Assembly (NCBI RefSeq): GCF_006345805.1
Contig: NC_042998.1
Location: 21,576,001-21,640,000 of the forward strand
Direction: 5' to 3'
DNA: 64,000 nucleotides
Source: Octopus sinensis
Taxonomy: Eukaryota
Shown: positions 51,184 through 64,000 of the stretch, one piece after another
How the letters are laid out: every line of letters starts with the position of its first letter
Position numbering within the stretch: position 1 is the first letter of the stretch
Notes under the pieces: generated by a model
Told to the model about the DNA's origin: nothing
The model's database searches: none
What the model saw: the letters and a program-made list of their open reading frames with translations, nothing else
Program-made: the position numbers and the translations under genes

Positions 51184-52476
51184 GGATAAGGAAAATTGAC
51201 ATTAAACGAAGAGGGACTTCTTTTTTTTATTATTTATATTTAATTCTAATCAGATAAAATATTCTTAGCAAAAATGTTTCAAAATATTGAGAAATCCACA
51301 CAAATGATGATATTTAATACTAAGTTATATAATTTCAAATACTAAACAATGATATATTCTGATCGGTGAATTCTACAGCTCCAACTTGATAGCAAGACCC
51401 TATAATAGAATAACACTATGAGAGTATAATGATGTTCCTGAAGCCCTTGTACCGTTCCTTCCGGTCAAGAAAGGTGATGTTGCATCTTGCTTTTACTTAA
51501 ATGTTCATTATCATAATCTCAGCAACTACCAAAGTTTAAAGCTATTTTAGAAGCATAAATGTTAAACGAACAAAATTTTTAAGCTGTTTTCTAGTTAATA
51601 TTGCCTTAAAGACATTATTTTATTTGAGTGTTAAATAATCATCTGTTACACATTGACAAATGTTGGTATACATGTCAGCACAAGATTCTAGATAATGGAA
51701 AAATATTTCTTGTAGCTTTCACTCATAAATATTTTTGTTAATATTGGTTTAAATATTTCTTGTTATCATGTCAAACAATGGCAAGTGGAGTTCACAACAA
51801 ACATACGAATGGCATTTTGCAGACAAGAAACTAAATCTCCAGCAGAGAAAAGATGTAAGGACAGCAGCGAAAAATTGAGTATCGACCCTTATAAAACGTA
51901 AAAAAAAGTAAGTTCCGGCAGGCGGTTACTGGTTTCGAAACCGTACCAGTGAGGCACAGTTTGTGGATTTTACTATCAAACCAAAGCTAAATTATAGATA
52001 CTCGAATGCGATAAACAATATTTTGAAGCGTCAGGTGTGGTTGCTATTTTGTAAAAATGAAAATAATGATTTTATTGTACTTCAATGGTTTTATTTCCAA
52101 TGTGTGTGTTGAATTTTAGCATATGTAATTCGTCTTTAGAACGACATCTCAATAAAATTCAATGTTTTAACCAATGGATTTTATAAGAAAATAATAGTTA
52201 CCAACAACAACAATAATAATTACACCCCTGGAATATACGGTGCAATACAGCTAGATTTGGATGAAATGCATTCCTTCGAGTTAGCACCGAAATTCGCTAC
52301 ATATTAGAAGGTCAGAAAAATTGAATGCTTCTCTAAGATTGATGAAACGTTCTTAAAAATAAGATGGAGGTAAGAATAATACAACTATAACAACAACAAC
52401 ACAAACATACGAAACCAAATCAACAACAATTATAGCAACAACAGCAATGATAACAACAATCACAATAACAACAATA

Positions 52477-52712
52477 AAATGGCGTCGAGCTAGCAGAAAC
52501 GTTAGCACGCCGGGCGAAATGCTTAGCTGTATTTTATCTGCCGTTACGTTCTGAGTTCAAATTCCGCTGGGGTCGACTTTGCCTTTCATCCTTTCAGGGT
52601 CGATAAATTAAGTACCAGTTACGCACTGGAGTCGATATAATCGACTTAATCCGTTTGTCTGTCCTTGTTTGACCTCTTTGTGTTTAGCTCCTTGTGGGAA
52701 GTAAAGAAATAT
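52477..52712 (+). mobile_element. SINE family A monomer
   Basis: Head to tail-1. Confidence 0.8.
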
Positions 52713-53259
52713 ATAATCCCAACAACCAATCATATAACATGGAGTGGATCTGCTCCACAGATTTATCCTTCGACAAAAGGCGTATGTATCTCTATACAGA
52801 ATGACATTGAGTCAGAGGCAAAGATTTCTTTAGTTAGAAATAGACTGCGACACATCTTAGAGCGATATAACAAAACCACCAAAAAAACATAATGATAGGG
52901 AGGCTCACAACTCAGTACATTTGTTGCCTACAGAAACCGAAACAGCGAATTAGGAACAGGGAATTAGTGTACCTCCCTATGGACAAATTTGACAGATGTC
53001 GATAGACAGCCCACAAACCTATGTCCAGACCATGCAACAATACATCAGTAGCATGAGAGAAGTTGCACCACAGAAATATGAAAAAGTAGAAAATTTCTCA
53101 ATGGACATATAGGAATGTGGTGTAACATTCTCCAAACCAAGAAGCGGAATGCACAAAATTTCCAAATATTCAACAGCAATGTTCTTATGGGTTACGTAAG
53201 GACCATAAACCCTACATAAACCCTGCTATGGGGCTCCCAAACCGGCCAGTTTACGAAGC

Positions 53260-53790
53260 GAATATCTCCAGTAATTATAGGCTATCCTATTTCCTCTCAA
53301 AGGTGTTACGACCACTCGTTAAAATGTCCCCGGATGTCTGTGTGAGGACCTCAATAGAATCAATTGTTGCAACCACTCCAACGACCTCGCAGTTTGTGTA
53401 GTGGGTAGTATGGACGTAGTTTCACTCTACCCATCTATAGACAGATTTTGCTGTGAAAAAGAGATTATCTGTGAGAGTGAAGTAGAGATCCACGAAGTCA
53501 ACACGAGGGAACTGGACCTCTTCCTTAAACTAAGCTATGACTGTAACTACCTAAACAACCATAGCCTTAGTAGATTCTGCCCCACCAGATCGCAGAGGGG
53601 AAGTTTACCCACCATCATCTCGGAAGTGAAGAAAGGTACTACAAAGCGCTGGATTGGCTGGACCATCAACACCCAGGACTTCAAGAACAACAATCTCATA
53701 CCAATGAAAACTGCATGGTATGCAAGATTAACTGTGGCATTGGCTGTAGAACTAGAAATGTTTTCAGATTAAGGTGCATAGAGGGTGCTT
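53260..53790 (+). mobile_element. Degenerate RT fragment, probably Penelope-like
   Basis: VVGSMDVVSLYPSID resembles RT motif A (DVxSLYPSI) of PLEs. Confidence 0.55.
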
Positions 53791-53909
53791 GTAAAGACAA
53801 GAACATGACATACATTGTTGAGACATCTAAACGCATTGCAGAGAGAGAGAGATTAAATGGACATTTGAGACACTATTACAACAAATTGTTACAACATATT
53901 ACAACATAA

Positions 53910-54265
53910 ATGTTTAAGCTATTTCCTGGTTTATCAAAATATTGCCTTATAGACATTATTCTATTTGAGCGTTAAATATTCATCTGTTACACATTGACAA
54001 ATGTTGGTATACATGTCAGCACAAGATTCTAGATAATGGTAGATAGAAATAGCTAAAAGTGAAAACTACATTCAAATATTGACCACAAATGTAGAAAAAT
54101 ATTTCTTGTAGCTTTCATTCATAAATATTTTTGTTAATATTGGTTTAAATATTTCTTATCATGTCAAACAATGGCAAGTGGAGTTCACAACAAGCATACG
54201 AATGGCATTTTGCAGACAAGAAACTAAATCTCCAGCAGAGAAAAGATGTAAAGACAGCAGTGAAA
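53910..54265 (+). repeat. Third copy of the dispanin 3'UTR/flank segment
   Basis: Aligns with 51575..51865 (gene B) and with 26760..27850 minus SINEs (gene A). Confidence 0.85.
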
Positions 54266-54269
54266 GATA

Positions 54270-56065
54270 ACATTCATTCATTGAATGTCATCCTAGATGC
54301 ACGCCTGGATAGGATGACGCTAGGTGATAGGAGAGGTGGGTGTAAAAGCTTCATAAGCCTGCTCAGCCGCTTCCAAATGGCTGACAGATATCTACTGGAT
54401 TTCCTGAATGCGTCAGTGTCGACATGAGTAAACAGCACCGAGTCTTCCAGACCGTATCTTGATAGGATATTTTACAGGTCAGTAGATTGAAATAGCATAG
54501 GTGTCCACAATTCAAAGTCATCGGCTACACAGACCACACATTTGTGATCTACACCGTCGACTTAGATAGGATCCATAGGTACTGATCCGAATACTGAAAG
54601 CTAAACGCGTCTTTCCTGGCTCGTCAAGTATTTAGAAACCGGGTTAGTAAGTTAGTCCATCAGAAGTTGTTGGGTGCAATGATCAACAACCTTTGGTAGA
54701 TAACTCTGATATTCGCTCAGAGGCGGTAGGATTTAGTAAGGAGATCTTGCTAAGAAGCTAGAAGAGGCGCTTAGGAGAGGCATAACAACTGACGTGCAGG
54801 CGGCAAGACTGGTCTTGATCAATTCTTCGATGCCAAGTGCGAAGGCTGCGTTATCAGAGCTAGGGCGCGTACGCTAAGAAATGAGGGCAGTAGAATATGA
54901 CGGAAGCGATGATCGCTTTTGCCACCTCCACCCGACCCTTCAAAGACAGCTTCCTCCTTGCTTATTTCTAGGTGAGACAGGCCACCCTGCTTCTCACCTC
55001 GTCCCAGTTCTTGTCCATCTGGCGGTTCGATCCAAATCAGACCCCGAGCAATTTAATCAGTACATCCGCCCAGCGCCCTACAACGTCATATGTTGGCATG
55101 GATCTGTCTCTCCAGGTTCCGAGCTGCAGGTTCACCGACATGTCCTGATTAATCTTTGCTCTTATCACTTCGTATTCCTGAGGTAGATTTCTGAGCTCTA
55201 TGACACTACTACGGTGATGTCGTTCGCATAAGCCGATACGAATCTTCCGCATCCCAGATCACGTGGGATATCCCTCGAAATATCCAACTTCTGTAGTAAT
55301 GGCCGAAGATCCAACGCATACAAAAGTAGTGAGAGTGGATATCCTTGACGGATCGAACGAGCGATGCTAAACAATTCCGATACGTGGCCGTTTACTTTTA
55401 CCACCGAAGTAAGCCCGCTGAACATTGCAGGGATTCAGCCTCTGGAAATTGGACCGAAACCTTCCCCTGCGAGGACAACCTCAAAGTATTGATAGTCGAC
55501 CTTGTCGAAAGCTTTTGATTGATCCAAATTGAACAAGACCCCATCCATGCCAGCTTCCTTCCTTACCCTCTCTATGATGTAGCGCATGAAGTGGAGGCTG
55601 ACGTAGACTGCTAGCGCGTGTCTGCACGTCACCGACAAGGTTATTGATGACAAGCGCCAACCTCTTGTCTAACATCTTGGCCCAAATCTTATCTACACTC
55701 AACAATGTTATGAACTTAAAATTATCTATTTGGTCCCCTTTCTTTCGCAGCAGCACCACCATGCCACGGTTCAAAACATTTGGTATTCTCCTGTTCTTCT
55801 GCCAGTTGCGGTGGGCATCCGCCAAGAGATCACCGAACTAGTCAGGCATATGAAAATACATCTCGATGGACAGGCCATACAGCCCTGGAGAATTCTCCCT
55901 TCGGCAACCCGTCTTCGCCTCTCGTATGTCTTCGGTTGTTATTGGCATTTCTCAGAACTCCGCATTCCTAGCGGAAACGCGCAATATACTGTCGCAGTAT
56001 GAGGAGAAATTCACCTCCCCTCCGGACACAGCGTACGTTCTGTACAGTTCGGCAAAGTGCCGCTA
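54270..56065 (-). mobile_element. Degenerate Tx1/L1-clade LINE ORF2 (RT to C-terminus)
   Basis: GMVVLLRK..DQIDNFKFITLL, LFNLDQSKAFDKVD, SIRQGYPLSLLLY, VSAYANDITVVVS; frameshifted. Confidence 0.85.
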
Positions 56066-56126
56066 AAATCCCATACACATCTGCTTGGATTCGTGAAGCA
56101 TGCGTCCGTTAAAACAATGACAACAA

Positions 56127-56195
<69 letters not shown>

Positions 56196-56234
56196 ATAAT
56201 GATAATAACAATAATAATAATGATAATAATAATG

Positions 56235-56292
<58 letters not shown>

Positions 56293-56494
56293 TGATGATG
56301 ATAATAATAATAATAATAATAATAATACTGATAATAATAATAATAATAATAATAATACTATTATTATTAATAGTAATAATAATAATAATAATGATGATGA
56401 TAATAATAATAATAATAATAGATATAATGGCGGTGCCCCAGCATGGCCACAGCTCATAAGCTGAAACTAGAATCAATCAATCAATCAATCAATC

Positions 56495-56894
56495 ATAGTT
56501 GTCAGAGATCATGAAGAAAAAAAATGCTTTCTAATTGATGTATCAATACCGGCTGATGACAACGTGTCTCTAAAAGAAATGGAGAAACTCTCAAAATACA
56601 AAGACCTGGAAATAGAGGTAACTAGAATGTGGAATCTGAAAACAGAAACAATTCCTATCATAGTAGGTGCATTAGGCATGATAAAAAAATATTCAGACAA
56701 AACATAACAAAAACACCAGGACTTACAAACACATATAACATACAGAAAATTGCACTACTAGGCACTGCACACATCCTCCGCAACACTTTCCATACAATAA
56801 CCATCAGAGCATCACAACAAATCACAGCACATACCCAAGGCACACAGAGCTGCGCTCGGTAGTGAAGTGAAAGCACGCTATAAAAATAAAACTA

Positions 56895-56897
<3 letters not shown>
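56495..56897 (+). mobile_element. R4/Dong-like non-LTR 3' end (restriction-like endonuclease C-terminus + 3'UTR) ending in (TAA)n
   Basis: RDHEEKKCFLIDVSIPADDNVSLKEMEKLSKYKDL...IPIIVGALG; ...NIQKIALLGTAHILR. Confidence 0.8.
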
Positions 56898-56944
<47 letters not shown>

Positions 56945-56955
56945 TGATAATAATA

Positions 56956-56988
<33 letters not shown>

Positions 56989-57007
56989 AATAATAATAAT
57001 AATACTG

Positions 57008-57131
<124 letters not shown>

Positions 57132-57137
57132 TGATAA

Positions 57138-57168
<31 letters not shown>

Positions 57169-57234
57169 TGAGAGGGATGTGTTGAGAGGGATTCTTTGGG
57201 GTTTGAATAATTCACCTCTGGAAACATGGGTGGT

Positions 57235-57493
57235 TCTTTCAAAATCCTTAAACAACCCTTATTCAGGGACCCTTTGAGCGGGATGGGCTACTCAACCTGA
57301 AGAAATTCTAACAGGCCCCATCTGCAAGGTCATGTGCTGTTTTATCTTGATATGAGATCACCATGTCGCGCACATATGGTTGTGATGCATGTGCCTGGTG
57401 TACCCTTATCAGACGGGTAGTCATGATGGGTATATTGGGCTTCGTATATTTTACCCCAATGTCACTTTGATGGCATGAATTGCTCTCTCACTC

Positions 57494-57495
<2 letters not shown>
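57235..57495 (+). mobile_element. Family D (AAT)n-tailed repeat
   Basis: Matches 19258..19480. Confidence 0.65.
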
Positions 57496-57545
<50 letters not shown>

Positions 57546-57624
57546 TAATAATAATGATAATAATATTAATAATAATAATAATAATATTGTTATTATTATT
57601 ATTATTATTATCATTATTATTATT

Positions 57625-58155
57625 TCATTTATTGGCCACTAGGGCTGACATATAGGGGACAATACAGTAGACAGGGATAGTAGGGTTTTTTCACAAAACA
57701 ACGAGCGAATAGGTAAGAAAACAATAACTATAAACATTAAGCAAGAAAATATAACAATGAGATTTCCCCAATAGGGGGGAGGTGACCACCCAGGTTTGGC
57801 TCAGGTACCCCACCAATCCTGAATCACTCTACGCTTTGATTGTACTCGGGAAGAGAACACCTTCCCTCCTCAAATTCACCTGCCTACAGGTACGTTATTA
57901 GAGTAGGTCCACCTACACGGACCATTTTCGCTCAATTCACCCACCTTTCAGCAAATGTACTGGGTGGCATCACTTCTCTCTCCATCTTCATCTTCCTTTC
58001 CAAGTGAAATTTGAAAAAGTTGATGAGGGATTGGCCGGGGTGAGAAGTGTCTGCCTTCAGTCCTTTCAACCTGGTCCACCATACATCTTTCGTTACTGCT
58101 ACCGGACAGAAGAAAATTGCCTGCCCTTCCTGGCCAATGGAAACAATATTAGTCG
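57625..58155 (-). mobile_element. 3' end of a second Tx1/L1-type LINE subfamily
   Basis: KDVWWTRLKGLKADTSHPGQSLINFFKFHLERKMKMERE..; tail tttattggccactagggctg abuts (AAT)n. Confidence 0.65.
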
Positions 58156-58519
58156 GTGCTTACGAAAGAAATTCCGAAAATAATATTCTTTATCTTCATA
58201 GCACATTCGATCTAGTACATGAAGCTTCATCAGAAAATAAACGAAGCGAAGAAGGAAGAGGAAAGAACGGGGCCTCAAGATGAGGCCAGAAGGATAAATA
58301 TATAAAAATCATACTATATTGTAGCGTGGAGCTTGAAGTCGATAGGCAAAAGAGTCAACTAACACTGAACCAGGGTGTGTAAATAGTATTGAAATGAAAC
58401 TAGTACAAAAATAAGACAGGAATTACCAATATATCTAGAAAAAGAATAGTACTTATGATTTCGTAAATAGTGTTAATTAATATTTATCCAAAACAAAAAC
58501 CGTAGAATTCTTATAATCT

Positions 58520-58736
58520 CTCTTTTACGCTTTTACTTGTTTCAGTCATTTGACTGCGGCCATGCTGGAGCACCGCCTTTAATCGAGCAACTCGACCCCG
58601 AGACTTTTTCTTTTGTAAGCCCAGTACTTATTCTATCGATCTCTTTTGCCGAACCGCTAAGTAACGGGGACATAAAACACCACCATCGGTTATCAAGCAA
58701 TGCTAGGGGGACAAACACAGACACACAACACACACA

Positions 58737-58781
<45 letters not shown>

Positions 58782-58962
58782 TATATATTAATATTATACG
58801 ACGGGCTTCTTTCAGTTTCCATCTGCCAAATCCACTCACAAGGCCTTGGTCGGCCCGAGGCTATAGTAGAAGACACTTGCCCAAGGTGCCACGCAGTGGG
58901 ACTGAACCCAGAACCATGTAGTTAGTAAACAAGCTAGTTATCACACGGCCACTCCTGCACCT
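58520..58962 (-). mobile_element. SINE family C copy
   Basis: Matches the family C consensus. Confidence 0.85.
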
Positions 58963-59413
58963 ATGGTAAACTTACTGAAATATTCTAGATACCACCACTT
59001 GTTGTCCGTAATGGAAGGGCATAAGCACGAAGCCGCTTACGCCCTTCTACATCTCAACATAACATAAATGAAAATAAAATAAAAAGATAAATACTATCAG
59101 CTAAACGGCTGTAATTTTCTCTATAGTTAAGGGGAGACAACTTATATGGGCGATGCATGCTAGTAGAAGTTACCTCCGAAATATAACGCTGAATCTGACA
59201 TCCTAAATAGCCAGCAAAATTCCAAGTAGTGTTAATACTAGATGAACAAGTAAAGGTCTACACGTTCCTAAATATACTCTCCCTCATAGGCACACGCGGG
59301 GGCAAAATTGCAAAAGACCCAAACATTTAAGCGATTAAAAATTAAATCACTTGCTAATGACTACCAAGGTTACAAACTCCATGTTCCACCACTGCTTACT
59401 AAATCTCTCTTAA

Positions 59414-59587
59414 TCTCTATATATATAAAGCTGAAGTTGTCTGTGTATGGCAGGTTTGGCAGCCTTCAACTAATACTATCTCCTCCGCAAGTTGACCAAC
59501 AATTGAGAGTATGATAGAAGAAGGCTTGCTCTTCCTTCCATAGAAGAAAAAATTCAAATCGGACCATGCTAACACCAAAAATTATTT
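59414..59587 (+). mobile_element. Helitron 5' fragment
   Basis: A|TCTCTATATATATAAAG start; matches 63272 onward. Confidence 0.7.
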
Positions 59588-59602
59588 AGTAGTAGTAGCA
59601 GC

Positions 59603-59664
<62 letters not shown>

Positions 59665-59693
59665 CAGCAGCAGCAGCAGCAGCAGTAGTAGTT

Positions 59694-59736
<43 letters not shown>

Positions 59737-59820
59737 ATAAAGAGAATAGAAAGTACCAGATAATTGACTTTACAATCCCAAATGATGTAAAAATTAATAT
59801 GAAAGGTATAGTAAAAATAG

Positions 59821-60615
59821 TGTTGTGAATGGTCAGGGACACTTCTATGACCTACTTTGCTTGGGGTGGAGTCTGAAAGTCTGGAATACAAAGTTATAGT
59901 CCTTTGTTCACGGAAGAGTGATGGCTTTTGGAAGGACCCCTACCCTTTTGCCGGTCTAGAAAGGGTCAGAGAAACTACCTTATAAAAAGGAGCTGTGAGT
60001 CTGAAAGTCAGTTCCGGCCGGAGAGATTGAGAGACAGTCAGGATTTGGGATTCAAGGCGAACAGTTGGCCGGAAACTCTGCTAGAGACGAGTCAGTCGAG
60101 AACAGAGCAAGTAACAGGTTGTTTTCTGCTGTGACAGATGAAAGACAGGGAGGATTAAGGAACTAAGAGACTGCAGCGAGAGGGCTTGGCAATTACAGTA
60201 GTAATTTTCTGAATTTGTTGCAGTCGGAAAAGGAACGTCCGGTAAAGTTTTGTTTGTGTTAAATTATGTTTTGATACGTGAAGAAAAAGAAGGAAAGAGT
60301 TGTGGTATTTATGTAAAAAGAATTGTATTGATACGTGTTACGAAAAGAAAGAGAAAGAAGAAAGAGAGAGAAAAAGAAAGACTCTGATATAGTCTTTATA
60401 GACTGAAAAGAACTCTGAACTTATTTGTCTATGAACATTGTATATGCCTTTAATGTGATTTGAAACAGAACTGTTGTCTCCGGACTGTATAATGTATTGA
60501 CTTGTTGTTTACTTCGACGTGTACTCTTTAAATGCTGTTGTTATTGCATTTGATGTGTTGTTACTTGCATGCTTAAATGCTTTGATGTATCTGATATGTA
60601 ATTGATGTTATAACA
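59821..60615 (+). mobile_element. Possible solo LTR
   Basis: TGTT...AACA ends and a TATA-like cttataaaaag; no TSD found. Confidence 0.3.
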
Positions 60616-60859
60616 GTTATTAAGTGTTATAAACTAGTACGTTAAATGTGAGCCAATTGCCTTGCCCTCTTTGTGTTGCCTCTGTGTCTCTTCTTGCTGC
60701 TGCGGCTGTTGTTGTAGTTGTTGTCTCTCTCTCTCCTCTCCGAGCCTCCGTGGCGAACATTCACTGATCGAACGGGCCTGTGTGAGGGATTCCGTAACAG
60801 CTTTCGTTCGACGGCGGTCCCCCCGTAAGAATTGTAAGGTACCAGGACCTAGGCATTGA

Positions 60860-61100
60860 ATTACAGAGACTATGGAAAGTACGAGTAAAATGTATCCCAG
60901 TATAGGGGCATTGGGAACTATCCCTAAAGATTTAAACATATGGATAGAGGAAATAGGCTTAAAACCCAGTGTAGTACAGCTGCAGAAAACAGTGTTATTA
61001 GGGACAGGTAGGATACTTAGGAGGAATCTTGGCATTTAAGGTTACTTGGTGTAGCCCGATGTTAGGTTTTTCCTTTTCCATCAGTCTAATCTGTTGAGGT
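60860..61100 (+). mobile_element. Second R4/Dong-like RLE 3' fragment ending in (TAA)n
   Basis: ELQRLWKVRVKCIPV/IGALGTIPKDL...LQKTVLLGTGRILRRNLGI*. Confidence 0.75.
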
Positions 61101-61158
<58 letters not shown>

Positions 61159-61159
61159 C

Positions 61160-61204
<45 letters not shown>

Positions 61205-61765
61205 GGTGATGATGATGATGATGATATGATGATGATGATGATGATGATGAAGGCACAAGGTGTTATTAAACTTTCTTAAGTCATAAAGCCACAACATAAT
61301 TTTTAACGAAGAGTTTAATGCTTTATTTCATTGAATTTTGATTACATATAATGTACAAGGTGATTTATTGGTGCGTTTACAAATGTTAAAATGCTATCAT
61401 TTCATTTAGTTATAAACGTATTAGTTAAAATGTAGAATCATCTTTATTAGGGTAAATACTTTGAGATGTCATTTTAAAACGAATAACATAGGCTAAAGTT
61501 TAATACATAAATTGAAAATGGAATTAATTATTGTATAATTATTTCAAGGTTTGTCGTGAACACCACGTCTTATTCTGTGACGATATCAAAAGAAATATCA
61601 AACCCCTTGTTGGCCAAGAATATTTAAGGATGAAAGCAACGACACATATTCTTCTACATTCGTGGTCAATATTTGAATTTAATTTTCACTACTAACCTTT
61701 ATCACTAGAATTATCTAAAACATCACGCGGGACAAAGGCTCAGTGGAATTTTGTCTGTCATTATG

Positions 61766-61997
61766 TATTTCTTTACTAACCACAAAGGGCTAAACACAGA
61801 GAGGACAGACAAAGACAGACAAACGGATTAAGCCGATTATATCGACCCCAGTGCGTAACTGGTACTTATTTAATCGCCCCCGAAAGGATGAAAGGCAAAG
61901 TCGACCTCGGCGGAATTTGAACTCAGAACGTAGCGGCAGACGAAATACTGCCTCGCATTTCGCCCGGCGTGCTAACGTTTCTGCCAGCTCGCCGCCT
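61766..61997 (-). mobile_element. SINE family A monomer
   Basis: Full head to tail-1. Confidence 0.85.
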
Positions 61998-63271
61998 TTG
62001 TGTTTTGATTTATTAGATTTGAAAAAGGACATATTGTATATTAAAAATTGCATTTGCGTAAGTTTAATTCTTCCATTATAAGTATTGAATAGCTGTTTAT
62101 AGCAAAACTAAAAGATTTCATGTTTCAAAACTCTGATGTTGTAGACAAAATATGATGCCAGATCTGGATTCAGAAGGCCAAAATTTGCTAAAAATAATTG
62201 ATAAACCTTGTGCCAGAACATATGTGTTGACCAGTGTTATAAAATGCATGTTGATTGGAGCTCTCGCTGTATCTAAACAATAATTCTAAGAGTATTTTAT
62301 ATGATTAGACTTAAACATGAGATAAAGCAAAATTGAAAACACTTCATTAAATATGAATCTTCTGAATTTTCTAATGCCTTCTTTCAGTTATGGACAAGAG
62401 TACTAATTGTAGTAAACTGTTGTTTGTTGAGTAACTCTTAAAGCTATCAGTACAGTATAAAGGATAACTATAATGGTACCAACAAGAATTGATATTTTGA
62501 TAAATTTTCTTGCTTGGTTGTTAGCTTCCATTGCACACGCTGTATCTCCATTTCGGGCCATTGAGTTTGCCTAGAATATAAAAAGGAAAACAAGCTAATA
62601 AACCTCAAAAGCAGCGAATATATTTTGGTTTCAAATGTTGCGATGGTGAGTAAGTCGATTACATGGGCTCCAGTGCTCAACTGGTAGTTATTTCATCGGC
62701 TCCGAAAGGATAATAGGATAATAGGTAAAAATCGATATCTGCAGGTTTTAACTTCGAACATAAAGACGGACGAACGAAATGCTACTAACCACACAGCCAA
62801 TATATATATATATATATCTGTCGTAAAAAATTTGAAAAGTTAAACGCGAAACCGGTCTTTCTTCTAAACTATCATTGTAAGGAAAAAAATTTTTTTATAT
62901 TCTTCAGACATATTGACGCAATATATATATTTTTTAACCTTTAAGCCTTTTGTAGTTTTTTCACTTTTTACTATTTTCTATATATATATATATATATTAT
63001 ATATATATATATATATTATATATAAACATTTATATATGTTACATATATATGTTTTATTAACATATTTTTATCGTCCTTTAATCGGAGAAATTACCAAAGA
63101 TTTCTAATGTCGTTTCTTCACACTTCACTTTTGAATTTACTTTTTTTAAATTTGTATAACTATGAAAACTTGTATAGAAATAATCGGTATATGGCTTAAA
63201 CTTGTTAAACACACTTCAACAAATTAATTCATATTTATGTAATGGAGGAGATAAGATGTTAGAACGGATTA

Positions 63272-63661
63272 TCTCTATATATATAAAGCTGAAATTGTCT
63301 GTGTGTGGCAGGTTTGGTAGCCGTCAACTAACACTATCTCCTCCGAGACCCTGCGGCGCAAGTTGACCAAAATTGAGAGTATGATAGAAGAAGACTTGCT
63401 CTTCATTCCGTAGAAGAAAAAATTAACACCAAACATGTTAACACCAAAAATTATTTACATCAAAAAGGTGCTTTTATTCTAAGAAAATCCTTATTTTTTA
63501 CGTTTTTTTACTGCTGTGTAGCCATTTTTCGGTGTATTTCAACCAGGAAAATGTTCACTTAAAGAGAATAACAAGCTACATAATGCAAAATTTTTACTTT
63601 TCAAAAATTCCAATTCTAAAGGGTTGAAACAAACCCGAGCAACGCCGGGCGATACTGCTAG
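63272..63661 (+). mobile_element. Non-autonomous Helitron (390 bp)
   Basis: A|TCTCTATATAT...cccgagcaacgccggg..CTAG|T. Confidence 0.85.
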
Positions 63662-63781
63662 TAGTTTTAAATTTTCATGTTTTTCATTTTTCATGAAAAA
63701 TAAAAAATCTATAATCCATTTTAACAACTAATCTTCTCCATTACATAAATATGAATGAATTTGTTGATGTGTGTGTGGAGA

Positions 63782-63782
63782 G

Positions 63783-63817
<35 letters not shown>

Positions 63818-63818
63818 C

Positions 63819-63865
<47 letters not shown>

Positions 63866-64000
63866 AGGAAAGAAAGAAGGAAAGAAAGAAGGAAAGAAAG
63901 AAAGACAGAAAGAAAGAAAGAAGGAAGGAAGGAAGAAAAGAAAGAAAGAAGGAAGGAAAGAAAGAAGGAAAGAAAGAAAGAAAGAAAAATAGAAGGAAAG
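63782..64000. repeat. (GAAA)n/(GGAA)n microsatellite
   Basis: Direct inspection. Confidence 0.95.

Overview
AT-rich, microsatellite- and SINE-dense animal genomic DNA. The repeat families and the (TA)n/(AAT)n/(AGAT)n load look like an octopod cephalopod, but that is an inference. The ORF track is almost entirely microsatellite read-through and misses the real genes. Reading splice sites by hand gives two tandem, same-strand, four-exon paralogs of the CD225/dispanin (IFITM/PRRT1-like) family. Gene A is join(281..290,14225..14652,20510..20620,25953..26105), 233 aa. Gene B is join(36551..36560,44077..44579,45431..45541,51034..51183), 257 aa. Both have GT-AG introns in identical phases (1,0,0), a Pro-rich N-terminus with 6-7 PPxY motifs built from different repeat units, an FCFFPTG core, a GxxxG motif and a C-terminal TM helix. 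The most striking signal is that their coding exons differ more than the adjacent introns: exon 4 is 61% identical versus 90% for the 92 nt of intron just upstream, and most exon differences are non-synonymous. That suggests diversifying selection on a duplicated IFITM-like membrane protein. The rest is TE debris: several tRNA-derived SINE families (one forms fixed-junction multimers and shares its 3' tail with a Tx1/L1-type LINE), Penelope-like fragments with minimal hammerhead motifs, Tx1, RTE, R4/Dong-like and Gypsy remnants, non-autonomous Helitrons and MITEs, plus a linked tRNA-Gln/5S rRNA pseudogene pair. All identities are hand counts; no database search was possible.
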